Assembly: GCA_964016885.1 (NCBI GenBank)
Contig: OZ024740.1
Span: 57,660,001-57,724,000 of the forward strand
Reading direction: 5' to 3'
DNA: 64,000 bases
Source of the DNA: Eledone cirrhosa
Taxonomy: Eukaryota
Translations under genes and position numbers: made by a program
Part shown: in pieces, positions 41,701-53,189 of the stretch
Layout of the letters: each line of letters begins with the position of its first letter
How positions within the stretch are numbered: position 1 is the stretch's first letter
The notes under the pieces: model-generated
Databases searched by the model: none
Told to the model about the DNA's origin: nothing
What the model saw: only the letters and a program-made list of their open reading frames with translations

Positions 41701-41788
41701 GCAAGTGTTGGTAAGGGAAGTTTGTGATGTGTTCACAGAATTCGTCCAGGATTTTATTTCTACCTTTTGATGGGGTGTAATTGCTTCT
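38754..41788 (-). mobile_element. 5'-truncated Penelope-like element, Neptune-type (RT plus remnant GIY-YIG region; coding remnant 39948-41788)
   Basis: PLE RT motifs ADKG, FYGIPKVHK, LRPII, TFDVVNLYSNIP, GTAMG, RYLDDCF, LPFLD and YYKPTD; linker C-x4-C-x2-C (CDRPNCGIC) typical of Neptune; frameshifted; bounded by TA-rich tracts. Confidence 0.9.
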
Positions 41789-41807
41789 ATATACATATAT
41801 ATATATA

Positions 41808-42258
41808 TTTAATTGGCAGTAGCATTAAGACAGTGTTTAAGCATAATAGAGGTGAATATCAAAACATATATAATATGTTTATATACAATAAACATATGGA
41901 TAGCCTCGCTGCTAAAGAAAACTATTTTTCATAATGAAAAGAAATGAAAAAAGTTTTATTTTTGAGATGCCAGTATGTTTTGAAAATGTCAGACAGTGCT
42001 GTTTCAAGATCTGCTAATCTTTCATCAGTGGCACTCACTCACAATGTACTGGCATGAAATAGAGTATAGAGAATCTTGCATGATAATCACTAGTTGGAGA
42101 TGGTTATTTGCATATAACAAACAGAAAACATCAGCTGGAATTTGTCATTTGTATATAGTGAAAAATCTGGCTGGTTATAATTTAATCAGCAGTAGCATTA
42201 ATACATCGTTTAAGCATAACAGAGGTGTATGTGTAAACATATTTAGTACGTTTATAAA

Positions 42259-42262
<4 letters not shown>
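41808..42262 (-). mobile_element. Non-autonomous PLE pLTR / retrozyme-like module
   Basis: About 75-bp diverged direct repeats (GCAGTAGCATTAA... at 41816 and 42188, period 372), an internal hammerhead, and (TA)n on both sides. Confidence 0.65.
41987..42033 (-). ncRNA. Type I hammerhead ribozyme
   Basis: Minus strand reads TGCCA CTGATGA AAGAT-tagcag-ATCTT GAA ACAG-ca-CTGT C TGACA: full core, 5-bp stem II, GUC cleavage triplet, stem I with one mismatch. Confidence 0.8.
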
Positions 42263-42299
<37 letters not shown>

Positions 42300-42301
<2 letters not shown>

Positions 42302-43646
42302 CATCATCATCGTTTAACGTCAATCTTCCACGCTAGTATGGGTTAGACGGGAGTTGTCCTAATTTGAGGCAAGGTTGGTCGGGTGACCATGTCTCGCTCA
42401 TATAGGACTATCTGGCAGGTTTTCTACGGCTGGATGCCCTTCCTAACACCAACCACATTTACAGTGTGGACTGGGAACTTTTTACTGTGTTACCTACACG
42501 GCCACATTACAGCGTGGACTGTGTGTTTTTTTGTTGTGACACCTACCTCTATCTCATTTTCTCATTTATTTGAACTGGATGTTGTTGTACCAACCTCACA
42601 GAGAGAGGGTGGTGTTGGTGGGAGTGGGAGGATGGAGTAGGGGTAGTGGATTGGGGTGTATATTTGGTTAAGAGGTGCCTACTGACTGTAGGTTTCGCTT
42701 TGTACATAGGAAAGGCGGGTCTTCTATATTACTGCGTGGCGCCAAAGATCTCGGTCCAGTGACATTGTCTTAGAGAGGTGCAAGTGTGTAAGGTCGGAAT
42801 TTATCAAATCATCCAAGGTTTTTCTGAGTCTGCCTACTCCGTAACTTCCATCAATTTTGATCGCCCTGCACTTTTTTATATAGCTGTTGTCTTTCATGCG
42901 CATCACATGACCATACCAACGTAGTCTTCTCTCAAGTAAACAGCATCTGATCCCTCTTATTCTTATTTTCTCACTTAGTTCATTTATGCTTTGCCGCGCA
43001 GGTCCTCTGCACACAATGCCCAAGTCTCACTGCCATGTAGCATTGTTGTACGTATATAGGCATCATACAATCTGCCTTTCATTTTTAGAGAGAAACTTTT
43101 TGTGGCCAACAGCGGTATAAACTCTCTGAACTTTTTCCATCCCGTTCTGACTCTGGCTACTGTACTTTCAGAGCACCTCCACCACTGCTGATTTTGTCAC
43201 CCAGGTAACGGAAAGTGTCCACTATTTCTATAGAACCATCTGGGCAATAGAAGGAGCTAGTATCCTGTGGGCACTTGCTACTTATTGCACCTGAGCATCA
43301 GCCACATATAAAATCTATGTTCTTAGATAGTTAACCTGTGATCTGACTACATTTTTATGTACCCATAGTTTGCATTTGCGACATAAAATGGAATTTCTAC
43401 CTACTCCTTTCCTACACACTGAGCATGGCCATTTCCCTTTCTACAAACTAGAACTTTAGTCTTAGACAAGTTAACTTTAAAGCCTTTTGATTCTAGGCCA
43501 TGCTTCCATGTTTGGAATTTCTTCTCTAGTTCAGCCATAGATTCAGCTATGAGAGTTAGATCATCTGCGTATAGGAGTTCCCATGGGCAGCCGGTCTTAA
43601 ACTCCTCTGTTATAGACTGAAGAGCAATAATAAATAGGAGAGGGCA
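42300..43646 (-). mobile_element. RTE LINE 3' fragment (long-UTR subfamily A)
   Basis: ELLYADDL, PHD remnant, LRWYGHVMRM, 3' UTR and (ATG)n tail; closely similar to 46566-48485. Confidence 0.9.
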
Positions 43647-43654
43647 TATGTATA

Positions 43655-44384
43655 TATACAAATTAAAATGAAGAATTAGAAATAGGACTATCCATCATCA
43701 GTGATATACTAGCCATCATAGGTATTTCTTCACATTAAAGACCAGATACCTCAGGCTTGCGCGAACAATAACTAAAATAAGTTATTGGGATAAAAAGAAT
43801 TGGGTGGAGAAAGAGAGACAGGTAAATAAACATGAATGGTGAGGCAACGTAAAGAGAGTAAAAAATGAGAAAATTAAGTCAATGATTCATTTGAACATAA
43901 GAACTTGCGAATATTGACGAGAAGACGAGAGACACATCCCAACCATGCAAAAGTAAGTGAGGAAAGAATTACGCATGGTGTGGGACGATGGAGGCAGTGA
44001 GAGAGAGGGTGAGTAGCAGAGAGTGAGTGAAAGTGTGAGGAAGAGAGAGGGTGACTAGCAGAGGAAGTGAATGAAAGTAAGAGGGAGAAGGAGAGAGAAG
44101 GAAAGAAGGAGGAGAGAGAAAGAGGATAGCAGTAAGGGAAGAGAAAAAGACAGGTCACAGCGAAGGCGAAAGCATATAGGAATGAAAAATGGCATGCTGT
44201 GTTGTTGCAAATGTGATATACAAATTAAAATGAAGAATTAGAAATAGGACTATCCATCATCAGTGATCTACTAGCCATCATGGCTAGTAGATCACTGATG
44301 ATGGATAGTCCTATTTCTAATTCTTCATTTTAATTTGTATATCACATTTGCAACAACACAGCACACCATTTTTCATTCCTATAT
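43655..44384. mobile_element. PLE-like module: 561-bp-period direct repeat plus a 105-bp-arm palindrome
   Basis: 43658-43718 is repeated at 44219-44280; 44174-44278 is inverted at 44280-44384 with a 1-nt loop and 2 mismatches. Confidence 0.7.
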
Positions 44385-44416
44385 ATATATACACATACAT
44401 TTTTATGATCATTGTT

Positions 44417-44686
44417 TAACCCTTTAACCTTTAACATTTACATTACTCTATATTTACTATTGTATTTTCACAGTAAAGGCTTTACCCCACGTAATTAACT
44501 TACATAATATGGAATCTATGAGATTTTGATATTATTTATTTTGAGGACAATACCTTAACATCAGTATGAGTGGCCAGTTTGAACAGAAAATGGTGAGAAA
44601 ATTCTGGCCGGATATGGCCAGTTTAAATGCTAAAGGTTAACATGCTAAAGGTTAACATGCTAAAGGTTAACATGCTAAAGGTTAAC
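44417..44686. mobile_element. TTAA-flanked MITE with its right terminus tandemly repeated (15-bp ATGCTAAAGGTTAAC x4)
   Basis: TTAACC(C)TTTAACATTT ... AAATGCTAAAGGTTAA; related sequence at 9328-9480. Confidence 0.55.
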
Positions 44687-44867
44687 CCGGCCCACACTGT
44701 AAAGTGGACATGTAGGCGCCACGGAAAAAAAGCACCCAGCACTCACTGTAAATGAGGGTGGTGTTAGGAAGGGCATCAAGCTGTAGAAATCAAGCTAGAT
44801 TCTGTTCCTGTCCCACCCTTGCAAGCAGGGAAAAGCGGACGTAAAATGATGATGATGATGATGATGA
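44687..44867 (+). mobile_element. RTE/SINE 3' tail fragment
   Basis: CCCACACTGTAAAGTGG repeats, GGAAGGGCATC, and a subfamily B end with (ATG)n. Confidence 0.8.
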
Positions 44868-45360
44868 TATATTTAGAATAAGAAATTGGAAAGTAGTTTC
44901 AGATGTTAAAGTCCTTTAATGATAATGCTGTGATACATATTTCAATGACGACAGTGGTGACCCTCTTCAGTGTACCCAGTGTCGTGACATCATCAGACAG
45001 TTTCTTACATAATAAGGTTATGTTCCCGAGGTAATCCCGGGGGTGAATTGGGACTCACAAGGGAGCGAACGAAGGACCCAAGAGCACCTGCTTTGTCTGT
45101 TCCCTTGTCGATTCAATTTGGATTACCTTGGGAACATAACCTTATTATGTAAGAAGCTGTCTGATGATGTCACGGCACTGGGTACACTGAAGAGAGTCAC
45201 CACTGTCGTCATTGAAATATGTATCACAGCATTATCATTAAAGGACTTTAACATCTGAAACTACTTTGCATTTTCTTATTCTAAATATACTCCGTCACTC
45301 CTATAGAGAAAAAGTACGTTGAGTGCTCAAATCGAATTGCAACAAAGTTAACCTTAAGTA
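44868..45360. mobile_element. PLE pLTR with an inverted copy (170-bp arms 44868-45037 / 45120-45289) and a 3' extension
   Basis: Arms are near-perfect reverse complements, each containing a hammerhead fold. Confidence 0.75.
45156..45230 (+). ncRNA. Type I hammerhead ribozyme with extended stem II (mirror copy on minus strand at 44927-45001)
   Basis: GCTGT CTGATGA [44 nt with ACGRCA.TGG/CCA.TGTCGT pairing] GAA AT-atgt-AT C ACAGC: perfect 5-bp stem I and AUC triplet. Confidence 0.6.
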
Positions 45361-45534
45361 CATATATATATATATACACTTCCATATACCTCACATGAGC
45401 ACAGGTTGAAGCATACATCTAGTGTGCACAATCTTCACCTACAACCCCTTTCATATACCTCCCACATCCTAACACTCCACCCCTCACACACGCCCAAATA
45501 TCATCTCCCCAATCCTAGAACACCTCCCCCACCA

Positions 45535-45806
45535 AAGTCCCCAGCCCATACTGTAAAGTGGTCATGGTGGTGACAAAACAAAAAACACCCAGCCTACACT
45601 GTAAAGTGGTCCTGAAGGTGTCATGACAAAAAGCACCAAGCCCACACTGTAAATGTAGTTAGTGTTAAGAAGAGTATCCAGCTGTAGAAACCAAGCCAAA
45701 GTCAGTTCTGTGTGAGCAAATCACGGTCCCCCGACCTGATCCCTCACAAAGGGACAGCCCGTCCCAACCATGCTAGCATGGAAGATGGACATTAAACGAT
45801 GATGAT
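45535..45806 (+). mobile_element. RTE/SINE 3' tail with three internal repeat units
   Basis: CCCAGCCCATACTGTAAAGTGG-like unit x3, ending CCATGCTAGCATGGAAGATGGAC and (ATG)n. Confidence 0.75.
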
Positions 45807-45849
45807 ATATATAGATATTTAAGCAACTTTAGAATCAGAGCAAGGTGAA

Positions 45850-46550
45850 CTCGGAAACAGAAGGCAAACTGGAAGAGAAGGACAAGGAAGCTGTGTGTGC
45901 CCTCAGTCAGTGACAAATTCAGGCATGCCCTGATTCATGCTTATGACTATAAGGAAGATGATTTAGAGACTGGCAGCATACAAGAACTGTGGAGATTACT
46001 GTGGAATAACCTGCTGAAGGCTGTTGGCAAGGTATTAGGATGACATTGAGTGACATGGTGGTGAAATAGAAGGGTGAATGAGGCAATTAAAGTTAAGAAA
46101 CAGGCATGGAAAGACTGGCAAAATGGTTGAAGCAAGGAACAGTATCAAGATGCTAGAAGAGAAGCCAGTCAGAAGGTATACTTAGCTAGGAAGGAAGCAG
46201 AAAACAAGACGTTTGCACATGTTCTGCACCATGAATCATGAGGTGTTCAGAATTGCAAGGCAGTGTGTGAAAGAAAATCAAGATGTTGTTGGAGAGAAAT
46301 GTGTCCAAAATGACAGACACACATTTGCCCTCACTGATGCTGAGAAGAAAGAAAAATGGAAGTGCCATTGTGAAAGATTGTTAAATTAAGAGAATGTATG
46401 TGAGGAAGATGGCACCCTCAAACAGATCCAAGAGAGGGACCAGCCATCTAAGTGAGCAGCAGTGTAGTAATTAAGGCAATTAAGGATATGAAGACAAGTA
46501 AAGCAGCAGGTCCACCAGGGATAGTAGCTGAAATGTGAAAGCATCTGATG
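45850..46550 (+). mobile_element. Decayed RTE LINE, endonuclease-RT linker region
   Basis: Homologous to 56128-56840 (VTWW, KAAGP.GIVAEM), with many stops. Confidence 0.75.
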
Positions 46551-46565
46551 GGTGGGATACATATA

Positions 46566-48485
46566 TCATCATCATCGTTTAACGTCCATCTTCCACGCTT
46601 GCATGGGTTTGGACGGGAATTTTCCCACTTGAGGCAAGATTGGTTGTCTTGCTCGTATAGGACTGTCTGGCAGGTTTTCTATGGCTGGATGCCCTTCCTA
46701 ATACCAACCACGTTTACAGTGAGGACTGGGAGGTTTTTACTGTGTTACCTACACGGCCACATTACAGCGTGGACTGTGTTTTTTTTTCGTGACACCTACA
46801 CGACCTCATTTGTTTCGGACTGGATGTTGTGGTACCAACATAACTTTACATTGGAAGGGGTGGTGTGGATGGGGTGGGGGTAGTGGGGCCAGGGTGTATT
46901 TTTATTAGAGGTGCCTACTGACTGTAGGTTTCGTTTTGTACTTAGGCCAAGCGGGTCTTCTGTATTACTGTGTAGCGCCAAAGATCTTGGTCCAGTGACA
47001 TTGTCTTGGAGAGGTATAAGTGTGTGAGGTCAGAATTTATCAAGTCGTCCCAGGTTTTTCTGGGTCTGCCTACTCCGTGGCTACCGTCTATTTTTATGGC
47101 CCTGCACTTTTTTATACTGCTGTCGTCTTTCATGCGCATCACGTGACTGTACCAACGTAGTCTTCTCTCGAGTAAACAGCATCTGATGCCTCTTATTCCT
47201 AATGCTTTTCCGTTCACGTATATTACTATTACACATCCAGCGGAGCATGCAAGCTTCGTTTCTCTCCAGTCTGCGTATATCCTCTGCACACAATGCCCAG
47301 GTCTCACTGCCATGTAACATTGCTGTTCGTATGCAGGCATCATACAGCCTGCCTTTCATTTTTAGAGAGAACCCTTTAGCGGCAAATAGTGGTATAAGCT
47401 CTCTGAACTTTTTCCATCCCGTTCTGGCTCTAGCTACTGTACTTTCAGAGCACCCTCCACCACTGCTGATTTTGTCACCCAGGTAACAGAAGGTATCTAC
47501 TATTTCTATAGAACCATCTGTGAAATGGAATGAGCTAGTATTCTGTGGGCACTTGCTGCTACTTATTGCACCAGAGCACCGGCCACATATAAAATCTATA
47601 TTCTTAGTTAGCTTACCCGTGATCCCACTACATCTTTTATGCACCCATACTTTGCATTTGGGACATAAAATGGAGTTTCTGCCTACTCCTTTCCTACACA
47701 CTGAGCATGGCCATTTCCCAGATGTGACTGGTGCCCTATTTTCCTTCCTACAAACTAGAACTTTTGCCTTAGACAGGTTAATTTTAAGGCCTTTTGATTC
47801 TAGGCCATGCTTCCATATTTCGAATTTCTTCTCTAGTTCGGCCATTGATTCAGCTATGAGCATTAGATCATCTGCGTATAGGAGTTCCCATGAGCAGCCC
47901 GTCTTGAACTCCTCTGTTATAGCCTGAAGGGCAAGAATAAATAGGAGGGGGTTAAGGACGGAGCCCTGATGAACACCAATTTTTACGCTAAACTCTTCAC
48001 TATATTCGTTGTTAATTCTAACCTTGCTGACTGTTTCTTTATACATGGCTTGTATAGCTCTCACAAGCCATTCATCAACACCTAGTTTTCTAAGAGCCCA
48101 CCAGATAATGGAGCGGGGGACTCTGTCAAAGGCTTTCTCCAAGTCAACAAAAGCTAGGTATAGGGGTTTACTTTTAGCTAGGTACTTCTCCTGTAGTTGT
48201 TGTACAATGAAAAGAGCGTCTGTGGTACTTTTACCTGACACAAACCCGAAATGCATTTCATCTAGATCAATTCGCTCTCTGATTAGTTGCGATATTACTT
48301 TTTCTGTGACCTTCATGACCTGGTCGATTAATTTAATGCCTCTATAGTTACCCCTATCTAGGGAATCTCCTTTACCCTTGTAGCAGTTAATGATGATGCT
48401 GCTACGCCAGTCCTTCGGAACGACCCCATTCTGTATGACTTGGTTTTCTATCCAGGTGACTATAGTGTGTCCCACCGTTCCCACC
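46566..48485 (-). mobile_element. 5'-truncated RTE LINE (subfamily A); ORF 47081..48493 encodes RT with a PHD-like insertion
   Basis: KGKGD, NYRGI, FVDLEKAFD, GVHQGS, LLYADD, CYLG, MLHGSETW; frameshift near 47200; 3' UTR and (ATG)n tail. Confidence 0.95.
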
Positions 48486-49411
48486 ATATACATAAATATA
48501 TTTATACATATTTTAATCCTAATAGTAATTCTAGTTGAGTGCTTATTTTAAAGATCCATGTGGATATTTCCATTAACTTTCTGCCTCCTTTATACAACAG
48601 AGTATGAGTTGAGAAACTTGATATTTAAATCACTGGCAGACACAAAAAAAACAGAGGTAGCTACTACTAGCATGTCAGGTGTCTGAAAAATATCCCGTTT
48701 TCCCTGTGTTGTTTATTGGTCAAGCTCACTGAGGATCCTTGTACCAATTCTGGGTTGTTCTACAACTGTCTGTTGGAATATGCATTCATTTACGTAACTG
48801 CAACAGTATGGCATTGTTGAAACCAGCATTGGTTTTGGTATATATATCAATATTTTTTATATTAATCTTATTGATAACCCTAATCAATTTGTTTAATTAT
48901 TGCCAGCACACTACTAAATCTGTATGAGTATACCCTGTTTCTGAAATTTATTTCAGTTATCATTGTGTAAGATAATAGCACATAGTTACACTACCATAAA
49001 TGCACAAAGCCTCTTGTAGTGTGATTTCATAAATTAAGAGGTAAGATTTTTTCATTTTCCTTCTCAACAAGGAAGATGAAAAAGCTTAACTCTTAATTTT
49101 AAATCTTTAATTTTTAGTTTTTAATTCTTATTAATTCTTTTTAATTGTAATACTCAACATTTGATAAGATGAATTTTACTAATACATCAAAACCGGTAAT
49201 ATTTTATATACATTATAAAGCTCTTTTTTAAAAGAATTGTCCCTCTCACTTTTTCAATAAGGTCACTTTGACGAATCAAAGAAAGGAAAAAAAAAGAAAA
49301 ACAGACCCTAAAATATATTTTCCGTGCTATTTCTAACTTCACCTTTCCTCTATAACCACTGTTTTGTATAGAACCTTACTTTTCTTTTCAAATATATATA
49401 TATATATATAT

Positions 49412-49916
49412 AAGGGATAACAAAATAACGTTATAGGTAATCCAGTTAGAGGTTGTGAATACTTCGTATTGTGGATAGTTTTAGCGTACAGCGTTATTTG
49501 ACTCAACAAGAGGTTTCCGTAGGTGGCGAGTTTATGAGTTCTCTTGCATTCCTATGTAAGTTTATCTTGGAGTAATAATATTGAAAGAGTGAAGAATAAC
49601 ATGGTCAACAGTACAAAAAAGGGTTTTATTTACAGTCTTAACAATTGTTTCACTGATTAACTTGTCTAAAAATTGCTGAACACTCTCTTTCTTTATTAAT
49701 GATGATGTAATTTGAATTCATAGACACTGAGTATATTTTTAACAGTTTTTATCAGCTCTTCTGATGATCTGGTTAAGCTAACAACGTATTTAAAATTGAG
49801 TGGCACAGCTTCAAGTGTTCAGCAATTTTTAGACAACTTAATCACTGAAACAATTGTTAAAACTGTAAATAAAACCCTTTTTTGTACTGTTGACCATGTT
49901 ATTCTTCACTCTTTCA
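49412..49916. mobile_element. PLE pLTR with an inverted copy (103-bp arms 49582-49684 / 49814-49916)
   Basis: Inverted arms, hammerhead core, and (TA)n on both sides. Confidence 0.7.
49754..49864 (+). ncRNA. Hammerhead ribozyme-like fold with very long stem II
   Basis: TCTT CTGATGA T-CTGGTTAAG...CTTAATCA(C/G)-T GAA AC-aatt-GT T AA(A/G)A; the mirror arm supplies the bases that restore stems I and II. Confidence 0.5.
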
Positions 49917-49930
49917 CTATATATATATAT

Positions 49931-50840
49931 AGTAGGAGTACATCAGGGTTCGGTCCTCAGCCCGCTCTTGTTCATTATAGTCCTCCAAGCCATAACAGAG
50001 GAGTTTAAGACTGGCTGCCCATGGGAACTTCTCTATGCTGACGATCTGGTTCTTATAGCAGAATCAGTAGAGGAGCTAGAGAATAAATTCTGGCTATGGA
50101 AACAGCAGTTGGAATCAACAGGACTGAGAGTGAACATAGCTAAGACAAAAGTGTTGATAAGTAGAAAAGAGGACAAAACTCTGATTCCATCAGGGAAATG
50201 GCCATGTTCGATATGTAGAAAAGGAAATGGCATAAATTCTATAAAATGTACACTAAGCAGATCTTGGGTACACAAGAGATGTAGTGGGATAGCAGGCAAA
50301 CTAACAGGTAGGCAAAACTACGTATGCAGTAGATGTACAGGGAAATTTGACATTAGTAATCACAGTGCTAGACACATTTTTCAAATGTAGGTAGGTTCTA
50401 TGCTGCATAGTAGTGACACATGGGCAGCAACTACAGAGGATATGTGATGGCTAGAAAGAAATGAAGCAAGCATGCTCCGTTGGATGTGTAATGTCAATGT
50501 ACGTGAACGACCGAGCATAGATGAGTTGAGAGAGAAACTGTGTATAAGAGGGATAGTTGGGGTGTGTGGGAGAGAAGACAGGTGGTATGGACGTGTGTTG
50601 CGTATGGAGGATGACCGCTGGGTAAAGAAGTGTCAAGAAATTCTAGTAGAAGGAAGACGCAGTAGAGGAAGACCACAAAAAACATGGCCGGAGGTGGTGA
50701 GAGCTGACCTCAGATCTCTGAAGCTCACGGAGAAGATGACGAAGGGCCGTGACAAGTGGAGAGATGCTGTGCTGAATAGGACCTGTCCCACTCTTGCAAG
50801 CAGGGAAAAGCGGACGTAAAATGATGATAATGATGGTGAT
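49931..50840 (+). mobile_element. RTE LINE 3' fragment (short-UTR subfamily B)
   Basis: GVHQGSVLSPLLF, YADD, PHD remnant, GRPQKTW; ORF runs into the (ATG)n tail. Confidence 0.92.
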
Positions 50841-50942
50841 ATATATATATAGTTTAGAGATTGTAACGTCAAGTTACTGTTGATTCATACCTCGTCCATA
50901 CTTATTATTACTATATCATCATCATCATCATTGTTTAACGTG

Positions 50943-50946
<4 letters not shown>

Positions 50947-51010
<64 letters not shown>
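50947..51010. repeat. (TA)n microsatellite
   Basis: Direct reading. Confidence 0.95.
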
Positions 51011-51016
<6 letters not shown>

Positions 51017-51924
51017 CACAGGGCCAGTGTTACCATTAAGGAGCATTACTGAATCACAAAAGATAACAAAATTACATAAATTTATATAATCAAATTAAAT
51101 ATAAAATAATTTCCTATGATTAATAAATAAATCACTAGACATCTTTGCTATGTAGGACCACTAGGGAAATATCCAAAGTGTTGGAGAGAGTCATATGGTG
51201 TTATGACTTGTCACATGACTTGGCATGGGTAAGTGTTGACTGCGTAGTGGGAAATGCAGGCTTAGTTATTTTCTTAGCGTTATCAGAGCAAGAAGTGTCA
51301 AAAACTAGGATTGTCAGCTTATTAAACTGTATCTGAGAGCCGAGGGCACATCTTTTCGAGCTAAACTAAGGTTCTAAATAGCCAGGTGCTGGTTCGGTAT
51401 ATGCATACATACACACACACACACACACATGAACCAGCGTGATAATTACTGATAACATTCTGTAATTAGAGATTTTCAGCAGTGGGTGTCATATCTATTG
51501 ATTTCTGGATGTGAGAAATGAGAGTTAGGCTATTCAGATCTTTCTCAACCATATCAACATAGTGTGTTGTTGTTGTTAGACCTGAGTGCTCCAGTTGTAT
51601 GAACAATACAACAGCCTACACATGAAATTAACGTACAAGTGGCTGAGCATTTCATAGACAAAAATACATGCATGCACATGTGTGTGTACACATACATACA
51701 TGTATACATACTTCTTTATTTTTCTTCATCTTCATCATTTAATGTCCATCTTCCATGCTATCATGGGTTGGACAGGTGTGTCCCAATTGAGGCAAGATTG
51801 GTCGGGTGACCATGTCTCACACGTACAGAACTGTTTCTGGTACCTTTTGTATATATTTAAGCTGTTGTTGGATCTCCGTAGGTTTCCACAAGTGATCTAG
51901 TTGCTTGAACACCAGAATATCCTG

Positions 51925-52175
51925 CCTGTGGAATGTGTGTAAGTGGCTGCGCATTCCACAAAATATGTGTACTCTTAACAGAGTTCTCAGGGATATTCAG
52001 TATGACAAGGTTGGTGCTTTGAATTACTGGTACAACTCTTTTTTACAAGCTGGGTGAACAAGAGCAATGTGAAAAAAAGTCTCTTGTTCAAGGGTACAAT
52101 GCATTGCCAGAATCAAAGTCATATCTGTATGATCCAGAACCAAACACCCTAACCACTAAGCCACATACTTTCACA
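51925..52175 (-). mobile_element. Old tRNA-derived SINE related to family 2
   Basis: Minus strand reads GTGGCTTAGTGGTTAGGGTGTT...CCCTTGAACAAGAGAC. Confidence 0.55.
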
Positions 52176-52785
52176 TAATAGGGTATGTAAAACATCTAGA
52201 ATTAGGAATGAAACCTGAGTTACTGACATGCCATCCATGCTGTAAGTAAGAGGATTGCAATTATATGTATATAAAAGAAAAGAAAGAAAGAAATGCAGAC
52301 TGGAATAAATTTAATTTGATTTACCCCCAAATATACTATTTGTATTCTACAAGTTAGTCACTAATTGTTTTTCCAGTCACAATTATGCTTATTATTCTTC
52401 TATCAATATAGTATCGGACTCTACCAAATACAGCCGGTAGGTGCCATCTGCTACCAAAACAGTTTAAGCAAATATAAACTGCTTGTCTAACATGAACAAA
52501 TAGACCTTCAGCCAATTAAATTAAATCATGGCTAGCTCAAATTCTTCATGTAATATTTGTATTCTTTCCTTTTGCTTAAAATATGTAGTAATTATGTAAC
52601 ATGTGTTTCACTTAATTAGAATTACATTATACTGTTCTCCTTTTCTCTGTCTCTGTATTGTTTGTTGTGTGCCTGTGTTGTAGATTTAATCAACCTCCTA
52701 CAAAGTTGCAACCAAAGGAGCTTACTTTAGTGATTTAATGATAGATTGTTCAGTCCTATTACATACATATATCTGTATGTAGTAG

Positions 52786-52967
52786 ACGAATGAGAGAAAA
52801 GAGTACTCAATACCGAAGCAGAATTTAAATATTCATTTATTATGGCGACGAAGTGAGTTTCTTACTGAGCTTCATCTGCAAACTTGCAGGATCATCAGAC
52901 ATGATGATCCTGTGAGTGCGCAAATGCAACTCGTGAGTAACAAGACTCACTACTTAGCCATAATAAA
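52786..52967. mobile_element. Old PLE fold-back with two degenerate hammerheads
   Basis: Imperfect inverted repeat centred on CAGGATCATCA-gaca-TGATGATCCTG; GTACTCAATAC end motif. Confidence 0.5.
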
Positions 52968-53189
52968 AAAAATATATGTGTGTGTATGTGTGTATATATC
53001 TGGTTGCCAACAAAACGGCAAGAGCTCAGCCATTGTGTGCTAACTCTTTACAATGGTCTTTTTACTCTAAACTGGTAACTCTCTCTCTCACTTTCTGCCT
53101 GTGCGTGCGTGCATGCTAGCATGTGTGTGTTTAAATTTAGTAGTGCACCAGTGGGTAGAATTGATCATTCTGCAATGTTAAACCATTAC

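Noticed and set aside
47202-48347. Antisense ORFs over the RTE RT (also 57503-58609)
   Set aside because: Shadow frames of LINE coding sequence with no independent motif.
51255-51292. Hammerhead-like CTGATAA...GAAA on the minus strand
   Set aside because: Core substitution and no stem II.
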